DNA of 64,000 nucleotides from Azolla caroliniana. Taxonomy: Eukaryota; Plantae; Polypodiophyta. The first letter of the stretch is position 1, and each line of letters begins with the position of its first letter. Positions 48,334-59,516 of the stretch are shown one piece after another. The DNA lies in contig JBHGNT010000011.1 in assembly GCA_043228905.1 (NCBI GenBank), positions 12,524,001 to 12,588,000 on the forward strand. The letters are read 5' to 3'. The position numbers and the translations under genes were made by a program. The notes beneath the pieces were generated by a model that saw only the letters and a program-made list of their open reading frames with translations, was not told the DNA's origin and searched no databases.

Positions 48334-50339
48334 GTGGTCTATAAAATATTCTCGTGGTTCTTAATCACCACTTCAAGCACTTTATGTTGATCTTCATAGT
48401 TTGGTTCATCTAAAACAAAGAAACATTTATATGGAACTAAGGATGACAACATGAGCATAACTCAAGTGACAAGGAAACTTGCAAGAACTCAAGGTGGGGA
48501 TATTAATAGCTAGGCATGTAGATGGCCATGACCTAGGGCACCAATTCTGCATTAGTAAAGTTTTGGACGTGGTGATGCATTAAACCTTTGTAATACATCT
48601 ATCATTGACATTAGTGAGGTGGATATCATTGTGTATGAATTTACACACACAAAAGTTGGATGTTTAAGGACGACAACGATAGACATAATAAATAAGATAT
48701 TGCCAAGTCTAGAAGATATTTTAGATTGAAGGCGAACAAGATTTAGTGCACACAATTTGGAGACACCATTTGGTGAAGACAATAATTTGATTGGTACATT
48801 TGAAAATGAGGAGGAAGAGTTACAATTGTATATTAGCTATAATAATGATTCTCATGAAAGGAATGATGATAGTGATACAAATAACTCCTAAATGTATTTT
48901 TTGTGCAATGATATGTAACAAATTTAGACAACATTTTATCGAATGAAATAAAAAAGTTGATTGTTTTGAAATCTTTCGCTTATGATTTTATTAGGATCTA
49001 AAATACTACTAGTTGTAAAAATTTCTCCTTAAAAATACACAAAGTTACTTTTCGTATTTGGCCAAATTTTGGCATTTTTCATCAAGTTTTTGAGAACATG
49101 TGATACTAGTATCAAGGTGTTTTGTGAAATGGCCAAAAAAGCCCCAAAATCAGAAGGAATATTCCTTATCCTTCCATTTGTGCGCGATCCTTCCATTTGT
49201 GAACGCGAACGTGTTTTAACTGCCCTGGTCTTTTCTTTCAGTTATGATGTTTCCTCTTCTTGACTTTTTTGCTATTTGTCGCCACCAAACAACGGGTCAC
49301 TCTGATACCAATTCTGGGCAGATATGCACGGAAGAATGTGAGGAAATGTCGGTTATGTGTATTGCAAACAACACAAAGAGTATGATAGAAGAAATCATGA
49401 TGGAAACGTAGACACAATTCAAGCTCTAATGGAAGCTCTCATTATTCTTTAACTCTACACTCTTAGAGACTCAAGATACAAGATCATTATTCTTACAACA
49501 TTAGGTTAGAGCTTATATACTAAGCCCTAACTATTTGGACGTGTTCATACTAAGATGCAAAGTGGAAGGAGTCAACCTTTTATGCCAATAGAGGAGGCCC
49601 GGAGCCGAATTAAAACATTGGAGGACGAATTGGAAAGGGCCAAAGAGTTATTAGCCATCCAGGCAAACTTAGGCCAGGACAACAGGACAGAGCCGGAAGG
49701 AGAGGCTCGGAGAGAAGAACCAGTTGCAAGTAAAGCACTAGAAAAAGAACGAGAATGGAAAAAGAATTAGAAGCGTTGAAGGATGAATTGGTCGCATAAG
49801 CGACATTGAAGGAGAACGAAAAGAAATTAAGAAAGGTAGTCGAAGATGAAAAACGGCGGATGGAAGACTCTAGTGAATGCAAAGTAACATGGACTGGCTG
49901 AAAGAGGAGAAAGAGACGTTGGAGCAGGACAAGGACAAACTCCGGCGGATGGCTGAAACGGAGATTGAGTGGCTCAAGGAGGAACTTCAACAATAAAAAG
50001 ATCGAGACGATTGGTTGCGGCACAAGCCAACCAAGGACTGAAGGAAAAATCGTAGGACTTTGACAAGATGTATCGAGAGCACAAGGAGCTCGAAAAAGAG
50101 TATGATTGCCAGTGAGAAAAACTAAGCAAAGGCCCGTGCAGAGGTGAAGGAGAAAATAGAGGCGTTCATGGGACAACAAAGACCGTTGGCAAAAATAGTG
50201 GCGAAGGAATGGATGGAGCTGCTATTGGAGAATAACCAAGCAATCAAACGGTCGAATGTTGTATTGGATAAGTGCAAATGGCATACCAAACCCAAGCAAC
50301 AAATTATGACATCCAAGTATCGGTCGCATGGTTTTGGAA

Positions 50340-51030
50340 CGTGGAGTGAAGTGAGCCATCTTTGTAAAACGATCGACAATGACCAACACCGAGTCATAGC
50401 TATTGACCAAGGGTAGATTAGATATTAGGTCCATAGAGATAGATGCCCAATGACGATTGGGGCATGGAAGCGGTTGGAGTAAGCCATATGGCCGATGATG
50501 AGCGACTCTGGAGCGAGCGCAAACCTGACAACTCTTGATATATTCTTTGACCAACTTCCATGGTTGTGGCCACTAGTACCCTCGAGAGATTAGTTCAAGG
50601 GTTTTTGCGACCCCGAAATGACCCGCAAGTGGGTCATCGTGGCATTCCCGCAACACTCGAGTGCGACACGGGCCCTCTGGGACATATAACTGATGATCTC
50701 AGAATAGCAAACCATCTTGCATGGTGAAGTTTTCAAGGTCCTTCCTTTTGGTCTCCGTGGAGGGGTTTTGCAGACTATCTCGAATCTCGTTGGTAAATGC
50801 AACGGTCGTGGATGCATCAGTGATCTGTTGGAGTAATGAATCATACTGCAACATACAAGAGGCAAAAAGATGCAATTGGTCGGGTTTCAGCAAACATCTA
50901 GATTGTTGAGCATAAGCTGCATCCCCGGGGCGGAGTGCAAGGTCAACTCGACGAGAAAGGGCACTGGCCTTCCCATGTTGGCCAGCAGGTCAAAATATTA
51001 TCTCAAAATCGTAGTCAGCGAGAAATGTTT
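50340..51030 (-). pseudogene. Ty3/gypsy (Tf2/chromovirus-like) integrase fragment
   Basis: CHDDPLAGHFGVAKT, CQVCARSR...GLLQPLP...WASISMDLI...VIVDRFTKMAHF. Confidence 0.85.
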
Positions 51031-52171
51031 GTTACGAAGGCGCTATGGCTCTTCTCTGTGCACAGCGGATCGTTTAGTGCTCAAGACAGAAAGGGGAAGG
51101 GGAAGGAGACTTACCGTTGCACAGTCCTAAAGCTTCAATTCCATTACACACAGAGCTCAACTCACTCTCATCAGTTTTCTGGTCTTACTTCTCTCTACAC
51201 TAATACCTTACTACACTTACTTTTTACCTAAGTACATAAGTGACTTACATATGCAGCTAATTAGCTACCAGTAGCTAATTAGCTGTCAGTAGCTAAATAA
51301 ACACGTTTGCGTTCACAAGTGGAAGGATCGCGCACAAGTGGAAGGATAAGGAATATTCTGTTTGATTTTGGGGTTTTTTTTGCCATTTCACAAAACATCT
51401 TGATACTAGTATCACATGTTCTCCAAAACTTGATGAAAAAGTTGAAAATTTCACCATTTGGTAAAATTGAAAAATGCCAAATTTGGGTAAAATATGAAAA
51501 GTAACTTTGTGGATTTTTAAAGAAAAATGACAACTAATAAGTTTTTAGATCTTAAAGAAATCAAAGTAGAATATTTCAAAACAATGAACGTTTTTATTCC
51601 ATTCGATAAAATGTTGTCTAAATTTGTTACATATAGTTGCACAACAAATACATTTGGGAGTTATTTGCATGACTATCATCATTCTTTTCATGATAATCAC
51701 TACTATAGATAATATACAATTGTGACTCTTCCTCCTCATCTTCTAATGTACCAATCAAATCATTGTCTTCACCAAATGGTATCTCCAAATTTTGTGCAAT
51801 AAATCTTCTTCGTCTTTAATCTGAGATATCTTCTAGACTTGCTAATATCTCTTTTATTATGCATATCGTTGTTGTCCTTATACATCCAACTTTTATTTGT
51901 GTAAAGTCATACATAATGATATCCACCTCATTAATGTCAATGATAGATGTATTACAAAGGTTTTATGCATCATCACGTCCAAAACTTTACCAATGCAGAA
52001 TTGGTACCCTAGGTCATGGCCATCTACATGTGTAGCTATTAATATACTCACCTTGACTTCTTGCAAGTTTCCTTGTCACCTGAGTTATGCTTGTGTTGTC
52101 ATCATTCGTTCCAACTATAAAGATCAACATTAAGTAGTGATTGAGAACAACACGAACACTTTATGGACCGT

Positions 52172-55100
52172 GTAAATGGCATTTGCAAGGTTCAATTACC
52201 ATCAACACAATTATTAATAGTTTTATGTTAATCAATGATGCACATGTTTACCATAAAGTATCTTATTGTACAACATACTTGTTTGCACTATCGATATGCA
52301 TCTTTTTCTCTTGTAAAAACAAAGATTTTAGTACGATTCAAGTTCATGTTTAAAAAACCTCTTTTATCTGAAAAACAACAAGATTTTAAACATTAAGTCG
52401 ATATGTTATATCGAGTTGATGTAAAAAATAGAGTTTTCATCATAATTCCATACAATGTATTGAGTTATTGCTCAAAGTTTTTTTTACTAGATTTAAAAAA
52501 TAATAATAATAATAAATTGTGCTTGAGTTCATCTAGAAAACCATAATTTTCATCACAATTCGATATAATGTATTGAGTTCATGCTTAAAGTAATTTTTTC
52601 TAATTGTTTTCAATTTTGTTTCAATTTTTTTCAATTTTTTTGTAGTTTTTTATTGATTTTGTTTTATTTTTTAAACATCAATTTGATACATTGTATCGAC
52701 TTGTGATAAAAGCTTTGGTTTTTTCATCACTTATTCAAGCTCAATTTTGTTTTAGAAAAAAAAACAAAGTACCAAAATAAAATAGAAAAAAATGTAATTA
52801 TTTTTAAAAAAAAATCTAAAATTAAACTTTTCATGTCATGATATGGTAGGACTCGAACCCATGACCTTATGTTACATGGGTCAAGCTCTTGACAATTAAA
52901 CCATACATTGTAATACATAAAATATTATTTTTATCACTTCTTAAAGCTCAATTTTTTTTTAGAAAAAAAACAAAACACCATAATAAAATAGGAAAAAATG
53001 TAATTATTTTTTAAAAAAAATCCGAAATAAAACTTTAAACATGAACTCGATACACCGTGTCAGGTTCATGTAAAAAAGTTAGCTTTTCAACATGAACTTG
53101 ATACGCCGTATCGGGTTCATGTAAAAAAGTTAGTATCGAGTTCTTGTAAAAAAAGGTAACTTTTTTATATGTCATGATATGGTAGGACTCGAACCCATGA
53201 CCTTCTACTACATGGGTGGAGCTCTTGACCATTAGACCATGCACTATAATATATAAATTATTATTTTTATCACTTATTAAAGCTTAATTTTATTTTAGAA
53301 AAAAAACAAAACACCATAATAAACTAGGAAAAAATGTAATTATTTAAATAAAAAAATCTGAAATAAAACTTTAAACATGAACTCGATACGCCGTATCGAG
53401 TTCATGTAAAAAAGTTAGCTTTTCAACATGAACTCGATACGGCGTATCGAGTTCATGTTTAAAAGGGGTATCGAGTTCATGTAAAAGAGTTAGCTTAGTT
53501 CATGACATGATATAGTAAGACTCGAACCCATGACCTTTTGCTACATAGGTGAGGCTCTTAACCATTAGACCATACATTGTAATACATGAACTATTATTTT
53601 TATCACTTATTAGAGCTTAATTTGTTTTTAGAAAACCAACAAAACACCATAATAAAATAGGAAAAAATGTAATTATTTTTAAAAAAAAATCCGAAATAAA
53701 ACTTTAAACATGAATTCGATACGCCGTATCGAGTTCATGTAAAAAAGTTAGCTTTTCAACATGAACTCGATACGGCGTATCGAGTTCATGTTTAAAAGGG
53801 GTATCGAGTTCATGTAAAAGAGTTAGCTTAGTTCATGACATGATATAGTAGGACTCGAACCCATGACCTTCTACTACATAGGTGAGGCTCTTAACCATTA
53901 GACCATACATTGTAATACATAAACTATTATTTTTATCACTTATTAGAGCTCAATTTGTTTTTAGAAAACAAACAAAACACCATAATAAAATAGGAAAAAA
54001 TGTAATTATTTAAAAAAAAAAATCCGAAATAAAACTTTAAACATGAATTCGATACGCCGTATCGAGTTCATGTAAAAAAGTTAGCTTTTCAACATGAACT
54101 CGATACGGCGTATCGAGTTCATGTTTAAAAGGGGTATCGAGTTTATGTAAAAGAGTTAGCTTAGTTCATGACATGATATAGTAGGACTTGAACCCATGAC
54201 CTTCTACTACATAGGTGACCATTAGACCATACATTGTAATACATAAACTATTATTTTTATCACTTATTAGAGCTCAATTTGTTTTCAGAAAACAAACAAA
54301 ATACCAAAATAAAATAGGAAAAATGTAATTATTTAAAAAAGTAAATCAGAAATAAAACTTTAAACATGAACTCGATACGCCGTATCGAGTTCATGTAAAA
54401 AAGTTAGACTTTAAACATGAACTCGATACGCCGTATCGAGTTCATGTTGAAAAGGCGTATCGAGTTCATGTAGTGATATGTAGGACTTGAACCCATGACA
54501 TTATGCTACATGGGTTAAGCTCTTGACCATTAGACGATACATTGTAATACATAAAATATTATTTTCCTCACTTATTAAAGCTCAAAGCCTTTTAGAGAAA
54601 AAAACAAAATACCAAAATAAAATAGGAAAAAATGTAATTATTTTAAAAAAAAAATCAGAAATAACACTTTCAACATGAACTCGATACGTCGTAGATTAAC
54701 TCATGTCATCATCATTCCCTCTCATTCCCTCTCTCTCTCTCAGTCTCTCTCTCTCTTCTTTTCTCAAGTGTTCTACACCTTAAATTCTTCTTAGTACTAA
54801 TATTTCTCTCTTAGTACTAATTTCGTCTCTGTCTTAGAATTTTGTTTTTGAGCTTTAATAAGTGATGAAAAAACCTGAGTTTTTATCACAAGTCGATACA
54901 ATGTATCAAGTTCATGTTTAAAATTATTATTTTTTCCATAAAAAATAAAAAAAATAAAAAAAATAAAAGAAATTAAAAGGAACAAAAAGAAACAAAAAAA
55001 AATTGAAAAAAAATTAAAAAAATTGAAACAAATTGAAAATGTTTTTTTTTTAAATTAGAAAAAATTACTTTAAACATGAACTCGATACATTGTATTGAAT

Positions 55101-55417
55101 TGTGATGAAAAATCTGGTTTTTCTATGAACTCAAGCTTAATTTATTTTTATTTTTATTTTTTTAATTCGGTAAAAAAACTTTGAACATGAATTTAATATA
55201 TTGTATAGAGTTATGATGAAAACTCTATTTTTTACGTCAATTCAATACAACATATCGTGTTCATGTTTAAAACTCTTGTTGTTTTTCAAATAAAAGAGGT
55301 TTTTAAAGATGTATGTTGCACAACAAGATACCTTATGGTAAATATGTGCTTCATTTATTAGAAGAAAACCATTAATAATTGTGTTGATGGTAATTGAACT
55401 TTGCAAATGCCATTTAC
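52172..55417. repeat. Foldback arms (~600 bp each) of copy B, enclosing a tandem array
   Basis: GTAAATGGCATTTGCAAGG at 52172 and GCAAATGCCATTTAC ending 55417. The arms are homologous to those of copy A. Confidence 0.88.
52700..54695 (-). repeat. Tandem array of six ~333-bp units, each with a tRNA-like (Pol III A/B box) module, separated by 35-bp palindromes
   Basis: The B-box reverse complement (G/A)GACT(C/T)GAACC occurs at ~52849, 53185, 53518, 53851, 54184 and 54483. Minus strand A box TGGTCTAATGG. Palindrome AACATGAACTCGATACG-N-CGTATCGAGTTCATGT(T). Confidence 0.88.
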
Positions 55418-58106
55418 TTCACAAATTTTGAAGGGGAATTCTTATAAGGAAGGAGATTATAACATTGTAGATACCTTGATAACTATGTGTTATGTTCAAA
55501 TTGATATATTAATGTTCACATCTAAAGTTTGACAATTTATGAATATCGTCTACATTTTAGGAGTTGTGGATTTATCAAAATTGTTTATGAATATTGTCTA
55601 CATTTCTTGAGTTGTGAATTTATGGATGTTAATGAGCACTAATTTATAGATGATGACATTAAGGATTGCAATATTACCTTTTATACTTAAAACATTTTCA
55701 AGTCTAACAATAGATGTAACCTTAATCTTCTCAAGACGGTGAAACCATTAATCTTAACTTGTGCCTTGAGTTTACCATAATTGTGATTTTCTTTAAGTTA
55801 ACTACATTTCATATCTGCAAACCATCAACATTTAAACATTATCCCTAAACTATTCAATTTTAGAAATTATCATTTAGAAATTTGTTAAATCTCAAAAAAT
55901 TAGCAAAATTTACATGCTATTTAAAACATGTGATACTAGTGTATCAAGTTTTTGGAAATTGTCTAAAATCGCAAGATTATAAAAGGAATCTATAAGTGGA
56001 ATGCGCAATCCTTCCACTTGTGAATGCAAAGGTGTTAATAGTTGTTTCACCTTTATGTCCACTAGTAGCTAATTAGCTAATAGCTATTGTGAAAGTGTTT
56101 TTAGAATCTAAGCCATTGAACATTAGAATAATATAAAGTATGGATAACTCACATTTGGAGGCTAAGAACACGAACCAAGACCTTAGGATGAAGTCAAAAG
56201 TAAAAGTAAGAGACCAAGAGAAAAGTCAAAAGAGAAAAAGCAGACCATAAAAAACAGTAAAAACGGAATGGTCATAACTCCTTCGTTTTTCACCCAAATG
56301 TTATGTTTAAATATAGGTTAGAAATCTTGTAAAGAGAGCTATCTATAGATTTTTAAATCCCTAAATTTGGAGCTCTGATGAGGGAGATATGAAGATTAGA
56401 AGGTCGTTGGGTCTTAGCTAAAAATAGGAGATAAAAAGCTTCTAAAAATTGCGTGAACGAGGAAGAAGAAGAAAATTATAAAAGAGGAAGTGATAGTCTT
56501 TGATGGGGGAACTAATAGGAAGAGGATCCTAATAGAGGAAGAGGATTAGGAAGAAGGGTCTTAGTGGAAGAGGAAGGGTCTTAATTGTGGTTTTGAATGA
56601 TTGGTAGTAAGAAGGTCTTTGGTTTCTTTATTGAATGTGGAGTTTATCTCCTTTGTATTGTCTTGATATTGGAATATCATAACAATCTTATCTCTTTCTC
56701 ATCTTCTCTATCTTTTTCCTTAATTTCTTGAGTCTCTATGTCTCTATCTCTCTAATTCATAGATACCTTGATCTATATAATATATTACGAGTCACAATTC
56801 CATCTAACCGATTTGGTCAAGCCCTCATATAGTGTAAGATTACCCTTTGTCTTAAACACTCTATCAACTACTATAACTTATTCCTCAATAAGCATCACAT
56901 ACCTTTGTTGAGCTTGCTTCTCAACACTCCCCCTCAAGCTCAACTTATCCTTTCTTGGGATCATCTTCAATCTTCTTTTCTTCATGCTTTTCAGCTACCA
57001 TGCCGATGGTTATGACTCCCATCATGTCTCTAAACTGTGTATGTTTTTGCATGCTCAATCTCTTCGTAACCATATAAGCAACTTGCTGATTTGTACTTAC
57101 ATACAATAGATCCACTTCTCCATCAATCACTTTTTCTCTAACAAAGTGATGATGCACTTCAATGTGCTTCGTTCTTGCATGGAACATTGGGTATTTTGCC
57201 AGCTGAATGCTACTCATATTGTCACACCAAATTGTGACAACACCATCTATATATTCTCCCAAATCAAAAAGCAATCTTCTGATCCATACCTCTTCATAGG
57301 TGGCTATTGCAGCTCCTCTATATTCAGCTTCAATACTAGATAGTGCAACAGTAGCTTGTTTCTTGCTACTCAATGAAATAACTGCACTTCCCAATGTAAA
57401 CATATATCCACTTGTAGATCTTCTGTCAGTTTAGCTTCCAGCCTAATCAACATCTGTATATCCTTCCAACTTTATGTCTAAATCAGCCTTGTAAAACAGT
57501 CCATAGTTCTGAGTAGCTTTTACATACCTCAAGATTCTTCTAATGCAGTCCAAATGCGGCTTTGTTGGCTGTTGCATAACTCAAATCGGGTCTTGTTATA
57601 GTCAAATATATGAGGTTGCCCACCATAGACCTGTACATGTTTACATCTTCTATTTTGGCTCCCAAATCAGCCCTCAATTTGCAGTCCTTATCTAGTGGTA
57701 CACTAATAGGTTTGCATCCAAGCATACCATACTTCTTCAACATATTTGTTGCATACTGTTTTTGCAACATATATATACCACTTTAAGATCTGATCATCTC
57801 AATACCGAGAAAGTATCTTAGCTCTCCCAAATCTTTCATATGAAATTGCATCTCCCAAACCTCCAATGATTAAGTCATCAACATATATCAAGATAATAAC
57901 AATGCAATCATTTATCCTCTTTACATATAATGATGGATCAGCCTTTGACATTTTGAAAGCAATTTTTTTTAAAGATTCTAAAAATTCTTTATGCCATGCC
58001 CTTGGTGCTTGTTTCAATCCATAGAGAGCCTTTTTCAGCCTACATACATATTCTGGATGCTTCTTATCTTCAAAACCCAGTGGTTGACACATATACACTT
58101 CTTCTT

Positions 58107-58954
58107 TGACGGGAACTACACGCTCCCTATACGCAACGCTCGGCCACAACCGAGCTTAGAATCATACACAAAAAACGGGAAATAATGAACGACACAAAGA
58201 AGTGACGAGTACGCAGGATGTTTACGTGGAAAACCCAAACTAAGGGAAAAACCACGGCAGCCCACAGGCTGCAAACTATCACTATGTTAGAATGTACAAC
58301 AGTGAGTTCACGAAGGCAACGACCTCGTGCTCACAATCCTCACCACAGGCGGCGGTTACAACAGAGGCAACGACCTCTTTCTCTCTCTCTCTCTATACAG
58401 TTCACGGAGGCAACGACCTCGTGCTCACGATCCTCGCCACAAGCGGCGGTTACAACAGAGGCAACGACCTCTTTCTCTCTCTCTCTCTCTCCGTACACAG
58501 TTACACACTTTCTCTCTCCTTGCACCAACAAGAATGACGACAACAACTAAAAGTTTGCCCTAAGTCATATTTATACTAATATGACTTTTTGGCTATTTAC
58601 AAATATAGCCATGATGGACTCTCAGAAACATATTTACGAATATGTCTCTTCATCCGATGAGCACTCCTCACCAGGTCTGCACCATCCGGCTCTCCGTAGC
58701 CGGGCACTCCTCATCCGGTTCTCACCGGGTCTGCACCATCCGCGTCTCTGTAGCCGGGTACTCCTCATCCGGTTCTCACCGGGTCTGCACCATCCGGCTC
58801 TCCGTAGCCGGGTACTCCTCATCCGGTTCTCACCGGGTCTGCACCATCTGGCTCTCCGTAGCCGGGTACTCCTCATCCGGTTTCGACCTCGGCCGAGTTT
58901 GTTCATCAGCACTGTTCTTCTCCCTTCCCATCCGGAGGGACCTGTCTCCCAACA
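58107..58954 (-). mobile_element. Solo LTR related to E2/E6/E7, with an internal ~95-bp duplication and about 4 copies of a 54-bp tandem repeat
   Basis: TG...CA termini, TSD TTCTT (58102-58106, 58955-58959). Repeat TCATCCGGTTCTCACCGGGTCTGCACCATCCGGCTCTCCGTAGCCGGGTACTCC at ~58660-58880. Confidence 0.9.
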
Positions 58955-59142
58955 TTCTTCTAAGTTACCATGTAAAAAGGCATTTTTTACATTCATATGG
59001 TGCAGAACCCATCTTTTGGCTGCACTCACAGCAAGTAGTGTTCTCAATGTTGCCATCTTTACAATTGGTGCAAATGTTTCATCATAATCAATTCCATGCA
59101 TCTAGGCATATCCCTTTGCCACAAGTCTTGCTTTATGTCTAC

Positions 59143-59516
59143 TGTTGAGAATCAAGCTCAACTTGGTCTAGTGTGTGAACTCACCTTGAGAGTGAATAGA
59201 CACTCCAACGGTCAAGAGTCACCATTAAGTCACCTCTTTGTATTCTAGCATTTAGTATGAGTCATAGAATCATATTCTATGACACATAACTTATGAGCTT
59301 TCACATTCCCCATGCTCCATGAGCCTTGTAGTTAATGAAGAGAGAGGGTGACTATATAAAGCACCCTCCACCCACCTTGTATTGTGTTGAGTTCTTCTCC
59401 TTTGTTAATATACTTTTTACCTTGCATATTCTCTGTGTATTACTCCTTGTCTCTCTCACTCTCTCTCTCTCTCATACACAAACAGTTCGCACCTATTCCG
59501 CTACACAAGAATCATA
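59143..59516 (+). mobile_element. Solo LTR of the E5 LTR family
   Basis: Starts TGTTGAGAATCAAGCTCAAC, similar to the reverse complement of the E5 LTRs. TSD TCTAC (59138-59142, 59517-59521). Host RT NGNVSR|HKARLVAKG rejoins across it. Confidence 0.88.

Larger units (their letters stand above)
26273..49215 (+). mobile_element. DNA transposon copy A (non-autonomous, ~2.7 kb without nested inserts), superfamily unassigned
   Basis: 35-bp TIRs AACACGTTCRCGTTCACAARTGGAAGGATCRCGCA (26273-26307, inverted at 49181-49215). TSD TTAA (26269-26272, 49216-49219). Colinear with copy B in the opposite orientation. Strand is arbitrary. Confidence 0.85.
23984..49550 (-). mobile_element. E3: degenerate copia 5' half (LTR and PBS at 49299-~49550, gag from ~26248, PR, IN), split by DNA transposon copy A
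   Basis: Minus strand PBS (ACTCTGATACCA on plus, 49299-49310), gag FNGKNFSLWKEMMQDVL, IN LELVHIDIC..FVDDCTRKVW and TVPYTP..NGVVERINR. The outer LTR boundary is uncertain. Confidence 0.72.
51300..56036 (-). mobile_element. DNA transposon copy B (4.7 kb), inverted relative to copy A
   Basis: TIR AACACGTTTGCGTTCACAAGTGGAAGGATCGCGCA at 51300, and ...ATCCTTCCACTTGTGAATGCAAAGGTGTT ending 56036. TSD AATA (51296-51299, 56037-56040). Confidence 0.85.

Noticed and set aside
26275-49213. CACTA/Chapaev or hAT assignment using CAC...GTG termini
   Set aside because: With CAC termini the flanks are not direct repeats in either copy, and no 8-bp TSD exists. Only the AACAC...GTGTT ends give matching 4-bp TSDs.
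52840-54545. Functional tRNA gene cluster
   Set aside because: A and B boxes are present, but the acceptor and anticodon stems pair poorly and vary between units. These are tRNA-like only.
52700-54695. CRISPR-like array (palindromic ~35-bp repeats at regular spacing)
   Set aside because: The intervening sequences are themselves repeated rather than unique spacers, there are no cas genes, and the context is eukaryotic.
56088-56880. Possible additional LTR or insertion
   Set aside because: The composition is LTR-like, but I could not find matching termini, a TSD or a partner LTR.
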